Shown here: piece by piece, positions 19,744 to 28,378 of the stretch
Position numbering within the stretch: the first letter of the stretch is position 1
Layout: every line of letters begins with the position of its first letter
DNA from: a virus
IMG/VR virus record: IMGVR_UViG_3300025897_000009
Length of the DNA stretch: 64,000 nt
Direction: 5' to 3' (one strand)
The notes under the pieces: generated by a model
Database searches by the model: none
Told to the model about the DNA's origin: nothing
What the model saw: the letters and a program-made list of their open reading frames with translations, nothing else
Program-made: the position numbers and the translations under genes

Positions 19744-20603
19744 TAATTTACCTCTCCGAATGGGTTTGTTTCACTGAAGTCTAGATATGAATTGCCCTGT
19801 GTATCGAACTCTTCATTTTGTGCTAGTGAGTCATCAGCAAACTCTAAGTCATCACCCACAACTTCTACCGACCATGATGCTGCAGATTCGACACCAACGA
19901 AGGTGTTATTGACAGCAAAGGTTAATGTAGTCATGTTTTGTAAGTAAAGAACTCGAGTTGGTTTGTCCCAGTAATTAACTTCACCAACTACAGTACCACC
20001 CACAGTGATTTGTTCACCCACAGTGAATGTACCTGTACCACCTGAAGTCATAGTAAATTTCTGAGTATATGCATTTTCAGTTTCAGATGCATCAACCCCA
20101 GCGATACCTGTATCAAAGTCATCTTGATTGTATTCGTAAAGTTCGCATTGACATTTGAACACAAATAGTTTGCCTACTTGATAGAATGGGTTCTCATGTT
20201 CTACAAATTTAATTTCAAACATTGAACCTGAAAGAGGGAAGTAAATAAGATCTCCCTCGTTGGGTCTATAAGAAGATGCTAGGTTTTCATCTAGGGATAC
20301 AAATCGTTCCCAACTGCGTACTGAAATTATAAAGGTTGCTGAGTCTCTAATCTCTACACCAAACTTACTAAAGAGATCTCCTTCTCCTTCAAACCCTTCA
20401 GTGTTTTCTATGTATGCTTCTATAGAATAAGCATCGCCATAAGTGCTGCGAACATCTTCTACAAAGATGCCTTCTTCTTCTGCAACTTCTCGTGGTAAAT
20501 AAAATGTTTCATGACCATACATTCTGAGTGACTCGACGACCAAATCCTCATAGAGCATTTGTTCTCCGTCCACTGCATGGTTGAAATATACATTTGTCGG
20601 CAT
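19743..20603 (-). CDS. gp14: Neck protein
   Basis: ESLRMYG, LFSKFGVEIRD, RPNEGDLIYFP, FEIKFVEHENPFYQ, NPFGE. Confidence 0.93.
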   Translation of the reverse strand: MPTNVYFNHAVDGEQMLYEDLVVESLRMYGHETFYLPREVAEEEGIFVEDVRSTYGDAYSIEAYIENTEGFEGEGDLFSKFGVEIRDSATFIISVRSWERFVSLDENLASSYRPNEGDLIYFPLSGSMFEIKFVEHENPFYQVGKLFVFKCQCELYEYNQDDFDTGIAGVDASETENAYTQKFTMTSGGTGTFTVGEQITVGGTVVGEVNYWDKPTRVLYLQNMTTLTFAVNNTFVGVESAASWSVEVVGDDLEFADDSLAQNEEFDTQGNSYLDFSETNPFGEVN

Positions 20604-20607
20604 GATA

Positions 20608-21423
20608 TTATCCTATCATATAATCAAGTGGCAACTCATAGTTGTTTCTTGATTCTTCTTCTAGTTTTTCAATCTCTTGGTTTGCTTCTTCTAGTATTCT
20701 AGTTGAGTTTAAAGTGACACCACCAGGAAGTGCTATTCCTTCAAACTTAGATAAGTTTTGACCCCATTGTCTTTTAACTAAAGCAGTCGCATACTTCTTC
20801 AACCATATATCATTATAGATATCGGTAAAGGTTGATGGATCTACTTTGCGATAACATTCAATAAGAAAGTATTCTCCAGCACTTACTCTGGCATTATCCA
20901 TATCAAGATACAATCTGTTTTGATGTTTGTTGAATCTGATAGGAACATTACCTACAAGTGTCATGTCTAGTAAGTTTAAGTGTTGCTGTAATTGTTCGTA
21001 ATAAAGGACAGAAGTGGACTGTAGATCGTACAAGTCATTCAATCGTAATTGATACCTGATATCAAACATATCCATAGAGTTTCTGTCATTGAAAGGGAAT
21101 ATTCTAAGTACTGATAATACAGACTCTGGCATTACAAGATAATTCTTTTGTTCACCAAAGGTTTGACCTGAGTAATCGTGCGTTCCAGTTGTGGATGCAT
21201 CTTGAGAAGCATCAGTCTCAAATGTGTTTAACCAAGTTGAATCAACTTGATGTTTGAGGTAAGTTCTTATTGCACCATCGTAATGATATTCTGCGAAGTA
21301 CTGTAGAGCATCATCAATTCTATCATCGAACTGATCATCGTCCACATTGATTTCTACAACTGGGAAACCCAATTGTCTCTTAATAAAAGATTTAAAGGTT
21401 GCTCTTGAGTTAGGTGCTGCCAT
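20608..21423 (-). CDS. gp13: Neck protein
   Basis: LGFPVVEINVDDDQ, YHYDG, WLKKYATALVKRQWGQNLSKF, LPGGVTLN. Confidence 0.94.
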   Translation of the reverse strand: MAAPNSRATFKSFIKRQLGFPVVEINVDDDQFDDRIDDALQYFAEYHYDGAIRTYLKHQVDSTWLNTFETDASQDASTTGTHDYSGQTFGEQKNYLVMPESVLSVLRIFPFNDRNSMDMFDIRYQLRLNDLYDLQSTSVLYYEQLQQHLNLLDMTLVGNVPIRFNKHQNRLYLDMDNARVSAGEYFLIECYRKVDPSTFTDIYNDIWLKKYATALVKRQWGQNLSKFEGIALPGGVTLNSTRILEEANQEIEKLEEESRNNYELPLDYMIG

Positions 21424-21440
21424 AGTAATGTCTCCATTAC

Positions 21441-21448
21441 TATTTATA
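21441..21448 (-). promoter_or_regulatory. Late promoter TATAAATA overlapping a start-codon-sequestering hairpin
   Basis: TATAAATAgtaatg-GAGA-cattactATG. Confidence 0.75.
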
Positions 21449-21453
21449 CGAAA

Positions 21454-21696
21454 TTAATCTCTAGTTGCTAGACGATCTAGTTTTGCATCAATTCTATCAA
21501 TCGCATCCATCATTCGTTCAAAAGATCTTTCAAATTCACTCTTGGACACATAATCTTTCGCGATCTCTTCACGAGTTTTGTTGATTAGAATATCGATCCT
21601 CTTCACTTCATTGCTCATTGATCTTACGATGAATGCAACAGGTGCCAAAATAAAAGTGAGGAAGATATTCCATAGAAGTTCTGGATCTATGGGCAT
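21454..21696 (-). CDS. Small membrane-anchored coiled-coil protein
   Basis: N-terminal hydrophobic helix then coiled coil; own late promoter at 21718-21725. Confidence 0.6.
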   Translation of the reverse strand: MPIDPELLWNIFLTFILAPVAFIVRSMSNEVKRIDILINKTREEIAKDYVSKSEFERSFERMMDAIDRIDAKLDRLATRD

Positions 21697-21720
21697 ATGC
21701 TCTCCGTTAGTTTGAAGTAT

Positions 21721-22428
21721 TTATATGATAGGATTCCCTGTAAGAGGGTCTATTTTGAACTCATATTCATTTGCAGGTACTATCGAAGGGGTCTCTTCAC
21801 CAATTTTCATTTTGTTTATTGCGTGCCAATCAACATTGAAAGATATAGAGTATCTTCTCTTGTCAGTGAAGTTTGGTTCTACCATGTGCATTGCACCTGA
21901 TGGGAATAGAATGAGCATACCTGTTTTGGGTCTTACACGAAAATCAGTTCGAGATCTATCATTATAGAAAGGCATATCGTTTACATATTTTGGATTTGAA
22001 TCTATGAATTGTATATCACCCTCATCTCCATCAGCATGTATGTAAAAAACTCCACTATACCAACAACCATTGTGTAAGTGAGGAGCATTCCATGCATGTT
22101 TATCATTTATGTTGCCCCAACTGTTTCCCATTCTCTGGATAAAGTTTCTCCCACCACCATAGTAAGGTATAACTTCTTCTTCAAATAGTCTATTGATTCT
22201 GTTAAACAGTTTTACAAATGTTGGATGACTATCTATACCATCATTAGATTGCCAACCAGTGTATTGGTTTGAAACTTTACGACCCACAGGATCTTTCTTA
22301 CGCATATCATCCATTGTTTCTTTTAACTCTAGCATGTAATCTGAATCTACACCTTGTCTAGGATGTAATTCTGGGTTGAGTAAATCCCTAAAGAACAATG
22401 GTGTAGGGAATAATAGTTTAACTGACAT
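21721..22428 (-). CDS. Putative 2OG-Fe(II) oxygenase (TIGR02466-like)
   Basis: LFPTP start, WGNIN, PHLH..YSGVFYI, LILFPS..HMVEPN..RYSISFN. Confidence 0.85.
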   Translation of the reverse strand: MSVKLLFPTPLFFRDLLNPELHPRQGVDSDYMLELKETMDDMRKKDPVGRKVSNQYTGWQSNDGIDSHPTFVKLFNRINRLFEEEVIPYYGGGRNFIQRMGNSWGNINDKHAWNAPHLHNGCWYSGVFYIHADGDEGDIQFIDSNPKYVNDMPFYNDRSRTDFRVRPKTGMLILFPSGAMHMVEPNFTDKRRYSISFNVDWHAINKMKIGEETPSIVPANEYEFKIDPLTGNPII

Positions 22429-23174
22429 TATTTAAAGTCCTTTTTTTGCCACATGTATTTTCTATATGAACCTGTTATACCATATTTAGATAACTTTCCA
22501 TCATGATCTTCTCGATGTCTCGAGTATTCTTCCATGTTAGGGTTCTTCCAATAGTCTGCGTAATCTACTCGAGTAGATGATGTCCAACTTTCCCTCTTAA
22601 AAGGAAACAACTGAACGATAGGAGTGCCTTCTGGTATTGTAAAAGTCTTTCGCACTTTAGGATACATAATCAACTGAGCATTAAGATCACCACCCTTAAA
22701 CTTGTCTGTATCTATAATGCCTTGCCATGCTGAAATGTATTCATTCGCGAACAAAAATGGATCTAAGTACAGAGTCGAGTACCCATCAGGAGTTCTTACT
22801 GAAAAAGGCATGTTCATTTTGATTGCATCATTTTGAACTCCAGGCATCATCGCAAACTGCCTAAAAGGATGAGACTGTGATTCCCAAACTTCATGATGAG
22901 GGCATTTCATTTCAAATGAAGTTTCTTTTTCCGCAATCTCGTCACCATAATATTGAACAATCATATCTCTAACTGCTACAACATAATACCCTGTCGTAAG
23001 TATATCTTGCATAGCAGGACAAGATCTAATAGTAGATCCTGTACCATGACCATCACCCATGTTTTCTACGATCTTAGTTTTTTTCCACCAATCAGGTTGA
23101 AAATCTTTAGCAGGTATTGCTTCAAAATCTTTCTTAACTCTTTCGTCAAATGTAACAAATTCTATATGTGGCAT
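22428..23174 (-). CDS. Conserved phage protein of unknown function, seen next to oxygenases
   Basis: PDWWKK, TIRSCPAMQDILTTGY, TPDGYS, GIIDTD, GTPIVQLFPFKRESW motifs. Confidence 0.6.
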   Translation of the reverse strand: MPHIEFVTFDERVKKDFEAIPAKDFQPDWWKKTKIVENMGDGHGTGSTIRSCPAMQDILTTGYYVVAVRDMIVQYYGDEIAEKETSFEMKCPHHEVWESQSHPFRQFAMMPGVQNDAIKMNMPFSVRTPDGYSTLYLDPFLFANEYISAWQGIIDTDKFKGGDLNAQLIMYPKVRKTFTIPEGTPIVQLFPFKRESWTSSTRVDYADYWKNPNMEEYSRHREDHDGKLSKYGITGSYRKYMWQKKDFK

Positions 23175-23175
23175 T

Positions 23176-23832
23176 TTATTCTTCTAGTATAAGTTCTGCT
23201 TCACTGCCTCTGACCACTAACGACTGTCTGTTATGATAAGTTGTACCAACAGGAGCATCAGCACTATGTGGTATTCTTCCATCAAACATTAACAGTCTAT
23301 TGGGTTTATAATCGATAGCATGTATCTGATGCTGTAACAAATTATCGTGGAACCCCACTTCTCGTTTTGCTTTTTCATCATATATACGCAGTTGACCACC
23401 CCATTCTTGTTGCCAATGCAGGTTGTTGTAATAAAGAAAGGAAATGTTTTGATCGTCTTTGTCTTGACAGTCTTCATGAACTGTACCTTGTAATCCTATG
23501 GTTTGCCCATTCATGCCTGCGTAATCAAATCTTTTCCAACTAAATCCAAATTCAGATTGCAATCTGTTGTCTATAGTTTTAGCAAACCAACCATAATCAT
23601 CGAGTGGATCATCTCTTGTGTAATCTTCTCTATAAAAAGTGATACCCCAAAATTTGTGTCGTATCTGCCCTGCTCTATCTACTTGGTTTGTTTGATTCCA
23701 TCTAGCACAATGTCTGACACATGAGTCAAACCAATAATGAATATCAGGGGATAACCAATTATCAAATACATGAATGTCAGTTAAAGGCAGACTTTGTATT
23801 TTAAATGGTTCATCGTGATAGATGACTTCCAT
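23176..23832 (-). CDS. 2OG-Fe(II) oxygenase
   Basis: HED (HxD), W..EWGG, YKPNRLLMFDGRIPH, terminal R. Confidence 0.85.
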   Translation of the reverse strand: MEVIYHDEPFKIQSLPLTDIHVFDNWLSPDIHYWFDSCVRHCARWNQTNQVDRAGQIRHKFWGITFYREDYTRDDPLDDYGWFAKTIDNRLQSEFGFSWKRFDYAGMNGQTIGLQGTVHEDCQDKDDQNISFLYYNNLHWQQEWGGQLRIYDEKAKREVGFHDNLLQHQIHAIDYKPNRLLMFDGRIPHSADAPVGTTYHNRQSLVVRGSEAELILEE

Positions 23833-24390
23833 TTATTTTTCCTCGTCGCTGGCAGTAAGGAATTCTGGCATCACAGGTCTGAGCGATGCCTTTTGGTAGT
23901 AATCAAAATCTTGTAATTGATCTTCAGGTGCAGCAATAATTTGATTTTTGAGTTCTTCAAAAATTAGGTATGCTTGATCATAAAACTCTAAGCATCTTCT
24001 AGCATCAGATCTAAATGGATGATTAGATCCTTCTCTACCTGCCACATTTGCTTCTACAATGTCACCAAACCTCAATCGATTACACATCTCTCTTACATTC
24101 TCTGCAGTAAAGTGCCACAAATCATCTGCATATTGTTGTTGTAAACTCACACCCTCTGGTGGTTCAGCATTCAACACATATTTTTCTATAGCATCAATCT
24201 CATCATTAGTCAGATCTGTGATTACTTCTTCGTCATCTTTCTTAATGATTTTAATTTTTTGATCATCATAGATAATGTAATCATACTCAAATCCTAGAGT
24301 GGGTGCATCTGTTTGTTCATACTCCCATCGGAGTCCTTTCTCATTTCTGAGTTTAAGGGAATTGTCTTGTTGGTAAATAAATGCGATCAT
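23833..24390 (-). CDS. Hypothetical protein (possible fibre assembly chaperone)
   Basis: Acidic 185-aa ORF with SD and CTAAATA promoter at 24423-24429; first gene after mirror-repeat protein 1. Confidence 0.5.
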   Translation of the reverse strand: MIAFIYQQDNSLKLRNEKGLRWEYEQTDAPTLGFEYDYIIYDDQKIKIIKKDDEEVITDLTNDEIDAIEKYVLNAEPPEGVSLQQQYADDLWHFTAENVREMCNRLRFGDIVEANVAGREGSNHPFRSDARRCLEFYDQAYLIFEELKNQIIAAPEDQLQDFDYYQKASLRPVMPEFLTASDEEK

Positions 24391-24454
24391 AATAAAGTTC
24401 TCCTGTACAGTCTATTGTACTATATTTAGTACAAATCGACTAGTGGATTTCAGA

Positions 24455-25696
24455 TTAAGTAATTGGCGTTGCTGGCCAATCAGTTGTACCATCCCATCTT
24501 TGAACTATCCTTTGTGCAGGATAAGGTTGTTGGAAAGGATATGGTGCTTGCACTATCGTTTGAGCAGGGTATGGCTGCTGGAAAGGATATGGTGTTTGAT
24601 AACCTTGTTGATACCCATATGGTTGTTGGAATGGATAAGGTGCATTGTAGTTCTGCTGGTATCCATAAGGTTGCTGGAATGGATAAGGTGCATTGTAGTT
24701 CTGCTGGTATCCATATGGTTGTTGGAATGGATATGGTGCATTGTAACCTTGTTGGAATCCATAAGGTTGCTGGAATGGATATGGTGCATTGTAACCTTGT
24801 TGGAATCCATATGGTTGTTGGAATGAATATGGAGCATTATAATTTTGCTGATACCCATAAGGTTGTTGGAATCCATATGGTTGCTGAAATGCTTGTTGAA
24901 AAGGATAAGGTTGTTGGAATGCATAAGGTTGCTGAAATGCTTGCTGAAAAGTATAAGGTTGCTGGTAAACATAATTCTGCTGAAAAGGTTGCTGGAATGG
25001 ATAAGGTTGCTGAACATTCCCCTTTGGTCCAGGTATTGGAGTTGTTCCAGTTGCTGGTGTAGTTGCAGGTCTTGCTCCAGGTGTGGGTCTCACACCAGTT
25101 GCTGGTGTAGTTGCAGGTCTCACACCATTAGCAGGTCTCACACCAGTTACAGATGAAGTTGCAGGTCTTACTCCATTAGCAGGTCTCACACCACTCGCTG
25201 GTCTTTGTGCTGGATAAGTACCACTAGCAGGTCTCACACCACTAGCAGGTCTTACTGCTGGGTATGTACCTGTAGCAGGTCTCACACCAGTCGCAGGTCT
25301 TACTGCTGGGTATGTACCTGTAGCAGGTCTTGGTCCAGAAGCAGGTCTTTGTGCTGGATAGGTTCCAGTTGCTGGTCTTGGTCCACTTGCAGGTCTCTGA
25401 GCAGGATAAGTTCCAGTTGCTGGTCTTGGTCCAGTAGCAGGTCTTTGTGCTGGAGTTTGACCTGTAGCAGGTCTAGTAGCAGTATAATTCTGTTGTGCTG
25501 GAGTTTGACCAGTCGCAGGTCTTGTAGAAGTATAATTCTGCTGAGCAGGGAATTGACCAGAAGATTTTATCCATCCATTTGGAGTTTTAGTATAAATTCC
25601 TTCGACAGCAGAAAACTCTGCTGGTCCTGTTTTTACCCATGCCCCACTAGTTGATGACCAACCTGTGGGAGTTTTTACCTGCGAACTCTTTGCCAT
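24455..25696 (-). CDS. Mirror-repeat protein 1 (RPAxG arm / PYxFQQ arm), putative long beta-hairpin virion appendage
   Basis: 48-aa Trp-containing head, 170-aa RPAxG arm, TPIPGPKGNVQQ turn, 170-aa PYxFQQ arm, 13-aa tail; CTAAATA promoter at 25706-25712. Confidence 0.85.
   Translation of the reverse strand: MAKSSQVKTPTGWSSTSGAWVKTGPAEFSAVEGIYTKTPNGWIKSSGQFPAQQNYTSTRPATGQTPAQQNYTATRPATGQTPAQRPATGPRPATGTYPAQRPASGPRPATGTYPAQRPASGPRPATGTYPAVRPATGVRPATGTYPAVRPASGVRPASGTYPAQRPASGVRPANGVRPATSSVTGVRPANGVRPATTPATGVRPTPGARPATTPATGTTPIPGPKGNVQQPYPFQQPFQQNYVYQQPYTFQQAFQQPYAFQQPYPFQQAFQQPYGFQQPYGYQQNYNAPYSFQQPYGFQQGYNAPYPFQQPYGFQQGYNAPYPFQQPYGYQQNYNAPYPFQQPYGYQQNYNAPYPFQQPYGYQQGYQTPYPFQQPYPAQTIVQAPYPFQQPYPAQRIVQRWDGTTDWPATPIT
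24497..25006 (-). repeat. Coding tandem repeat, 48-bp period (PYxFQQ-PYGxQQ-xYNA)
   Basis: Near-identical 48-nt units visible in the DNA. Confidence 0.9.
25043..25552 (-). repeat. Coding tandem repeat, 48-bp period (RPAxGx-RPAxGT-YPAx)
   Basis: Recurring gcaggtct units in the DNA; 16-aa period. Confidence 0.9.
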
Positions 25697-25735
25697 AATT
25701 GCCTATATTTAGTTTGGTTCTAAGAACCTATTTTA

Positions 25736-27634
25736 TTATGCGTAAACAATCCATACATCACCGACTGCACCATCTCCTGATGTAGGAGCAGCAGAGTGAA
25801 TAAATGTATTTCTTAAAGCACCATCAGAACTACCAATTGTAGTAAATGATGTAGTTGCTTTTCCAGTTAAGGTAGATGTTCCTGCGATTGTAACATTATT
25901 AGGTAAACCAATTGTTACAGTAGCATTTTCTGAACCAGAACCTGATATTTCAATCTCATTAGTTGTACCTGAGATACCACCAACATAATTACCTGTTGTA
26001 TCTGTACCTAATGCTACACTGTTAGCAGCAATAGTTGCCGCAATAGTAAGGTTTCCAGTTCCATCAAAAGAACCAGAACCTGTAACATCACCACTTAAAC
26101 CTATTGTTCTAGAAGTTTCTAAAGCAGTAGCAGTAGCAGCATTACCAGATGTATCCTGATTACCTGCAGTGTTAACTCCAGGCAAGTTGATATTAGCAGT
26201 ACCATCAAATGATACTCCACCAATAGTTCTTGCAGTTTCTAAAGCAGTTGCAGAGTCAGCATTACCTGTAACATCACCTGTTAATGCTCCTTCAAAAGTA
26301 GCAGCAACAAATGTTTCTGAACCAACTGACCATTTGTCATTTGTTTCGTCCCAAAGAAGTGTCTTAGAGGCAGAACCACCACGAGTCACACTGATACCAG
26401 TGTCTTCTGTTGGAGATCCTGAAGTAAAGTTACTATTTAATGCGATAATGTTATCAGCAAGTGAAATAGTTTCTGAGTTAACTGTTGTAGTTGTACCTGA
26501 AACTGTAAGATCACCTGTTACATTCAATGAATCATTAACTGTTACAACACCTGTACCATTTGCTGTTAGTGTTAAGTTGGTGTCTGTACTTCTTGATTCG
26601 ATTGCGTTAACATCGATTGAATTTGAAAATTCGATTGCATTTCCGTCAGATGAAGATATAGCATTTGATGCTTGTATCTGCATAGGTGCTTTAATTTGTA
26701 TATTACCTGTTCCAGTTGCATCTAATTCGATATCACCTGAACCTGAAGTTTGTACTGATACATTTTGGTCACTATCTGCAGAAACAGTAATTGTACCTGA
26801 ATTATCAGATACCACTTGTTGTCCGTTAACATATAAAGATCCTGGACCAACATAGATATCTCTCCATTGTTTTGTAGAAGAACCTAAGTCGTATGTAACA
26901 TCAGTATCAGGTATGATGCTTCCATCAAAATCTGATAGATGAGTTGTTACATCGCTGTCACCATATTGTGCAGCACCAGCAACTGTTAGGGAGTTTGCAG
27001 CATCATCATAAGTAAGAGTGATTCCTGTTCCTGCAGTTAAAAGTGCATTAACACGATCATCTACTCGTTCACTTGTATGATAAAGGTTTGTTGAACCTTC
27101 TGCCACATCATCAGTATCTTGTGCATCTACATATGCTTTGATAGATTCGGAAGATGCTAAAGTTGTTGCACTTGCACCTACCATAGTGTCTGAATCTAAT
27201 ATTGCTGATCCTGACACTCCTGTATTTAATACAGGACTTGTTAGTGTTTTGTTTGTTAAAGTTTGGGCAGTAGAAAGGTCTGTTACAACTGATGTATCAA
27301 TTTCGATATCATCTGCGTTGACTGTAATACCATTTCCTGCACCAACATTTACAGTTGGAGTACCTGAAGTTCCACCACCTGATAAACCATCTCCTGCTGT
27401 AACACCTTCGATGTCACCAGTGAGGTCTGCGTCAATTGTTAAGGAACCTGCGGAGTCGTCATATGTTGCTGTGATGTTAGTACCACCGACAACCATTGCT
27501 CCTACAATGTCTTGTGTTGCTTCTGTATTAGAAGAACCCAATGCTGCAGCAGTAATTTCACCACTGCTGTTTATTACTTCAGTTGTTCCTACATTAAGAC
27601 CATTCTTAACTACAAAGTTCTTTTGCGTTGCCAT
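25736..27634 (-). CDS. Tail fibre-like structural protein
   Basis: T/S/G/D-rich; QTLTNKTLTSP, YDLGSSTKQWRDIYV, GDLTVSGTTTTVNS, ATALETARTI repeats; C-terminal APTSGDGAVGDVWIVY. Confidence 0.8.
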   Translation of the reverse strand: MATQKNFVVKNGLNVGTTEVINSSGEITAAALGSSNTEATQDIVGAMVVGGTNITATYDDSAGSLTIDADLTGDIEGVTAGDGLSGGGTSGTPTVNVGAGNGITVNADDIEIDTSVVTDLSTAQTLTNKTLTSPVLNTGVSGSAILDSDTMVGASATTLASSESIKAYVDAQDTDDVAEGSTNLYHTSERVDDRVNALLTAGTGITLTYDDAANSLTVAGAAQYGDSDVTTHLSDFDGSIIPDTDVTYDLGSSTKQWRDIYVGPGSLYVNGQQVVSDNSGTITVSADSDQNVSVQTSGSGDIELDATGTGNIQIKAPMQIQASNAISSSDGNAIEFSNSIDVNAIESRSTDTNLTLTANGTGVVTVNDSLNVTGDLTVSGTTTTVNSETISLADNIIALNSNFTSGSPTEDTGISVTRGGSASKTLLWDETNDKWSVGSETFVAATFEGALTGDVTGNADSATALETARTIGGVSFDGTANINLPGVNTAGNQDTSGNAATATALETSRTIGLSGDVTGSGSFDGTGNLTIAATIAANSVALGTDTTGNYVGGISGTTNEIEISGSGSENATVTIGLPNNVTIAGTSTLTGKATTSFTTIGSSDGALRNTFIHSAAPTSGDGAVGDVWIVYA

Positions 27635-27864
27635 TAGTATGTACCCCCATTAATCGTCGCATTGTCGATTGTTTTAGCAGTACCACCAGAAAGGAATGTT
27701 CCTACTGCAGTGTCACTGTAGTAAGTATTTACTGAACCTTCTGAAAGGTTATCTGTTGTTAGTTCTGAAATAGCAGTTGCCTGTAGTTTCCCCGATGAGT
27801 TTATAATCTCCGTGGAACCTACAGTCAAACCTGCTAAGATAACTAAATTCTTTTGAGTTGCCAT
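27634..27864 (-). CDS. Small fibre-associated protein, paralog of the next gene's N-terminus
   Basis: MATQKNLV..GLTVGSTEIINSSG vs MATQKNFV..GLNVGTTEVINSSG; C-terminal NGGTY. Confidence 0.7.
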   Translation of the reverse strand: MATQKNLVILAGLTVGSTEIINSSGKLQATAISELTTDNLSEGSVNTYYSDTAVGTFLSGGTAKTIDNATINGGTY

Positions 27865-27963
27865 TTGTTTTCACTCTCCAACTAAATGCCATATTCTCTC
27901 ACGATAATATAGCGATTGCAATTTATTATTACAATCTATTTATTACTTTTGCTCCTTCAATGC

Positions 27964-28368
27964 TTATGCATCTACAAGAGATAAATCTACTTCAAAACTT
28001 GTTGAAGTAGTTGAAGTTGGTGTTGCTAACAATCGAACATTACCACCACTAATGTCAGCATCGAATGTTGCTAAACTAGATGATTGTATTTGTCCATATT
28101 GTGTCATGTCAACACTACTTCCATCATGCACTAAATGTAACTCTAATGCTTGATATTCAGAACCCTGCGTCATGGCAACGAGTATTTTGGCACTACGATA
28201 ATTCGTAGAAGAAAAAGATGCTATTGCAACTTCTGTAGTAGAAGTTGATGTGTGCGATGCTCTTTCTTTGCCTTTACTTGTTGTCCCTTTATCAGTTTCT
28301 ATTTGGTCCGACGAACTATTGTAAGATAAGTGTCGGATCAATATTGCTAAATCGTTTGCTTTTGACAT
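27964..28368 (-). CDS. Virion structural protein
   Basis: Shares the HDG...DADISGGNVRLL domain with 28379-29212. Confidence 0.7.
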   Translation of the reverse strand: MSKANDLAILIRHLSYNSSSDQIETDKGTTSKGKERASHTSTSTTEVAIASFSSTNYRSAKILVAMTQGSEYQALELHLVHDGSSVDMTQYGQIQSSSLATFDADISGGNVRLLATPTSTTSTSFEVDLSLVDA

Positions 28369-28378
28369 ATTATCCTCC

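Noticed and set aside
24497-25552. Possible CRISPR array or DGR-type repeat
   Set aside because: Repeats are in-frame coding units with synonymous variation and no unique spacers; no cas or reverse transcriptase gene in the window
24443-25654. Several long alternative-frame and antisense ORFs across mirror-repeat gene 1 (likewise 34974-36395)
   Set aside because: By-products of stop-poor tandem repeats; the minus-strand frame has the promoter, operon context and unique termini
24455-25696. Resemblance to gliadin/prion-like Q/P/Y proteins or to a multi-core RiPP precursor
   Set aside because: Similarity is compositional only; no leader or cleavage motifs and no peptidase or transporter nearby; the mirror register fits a structural hairpin better
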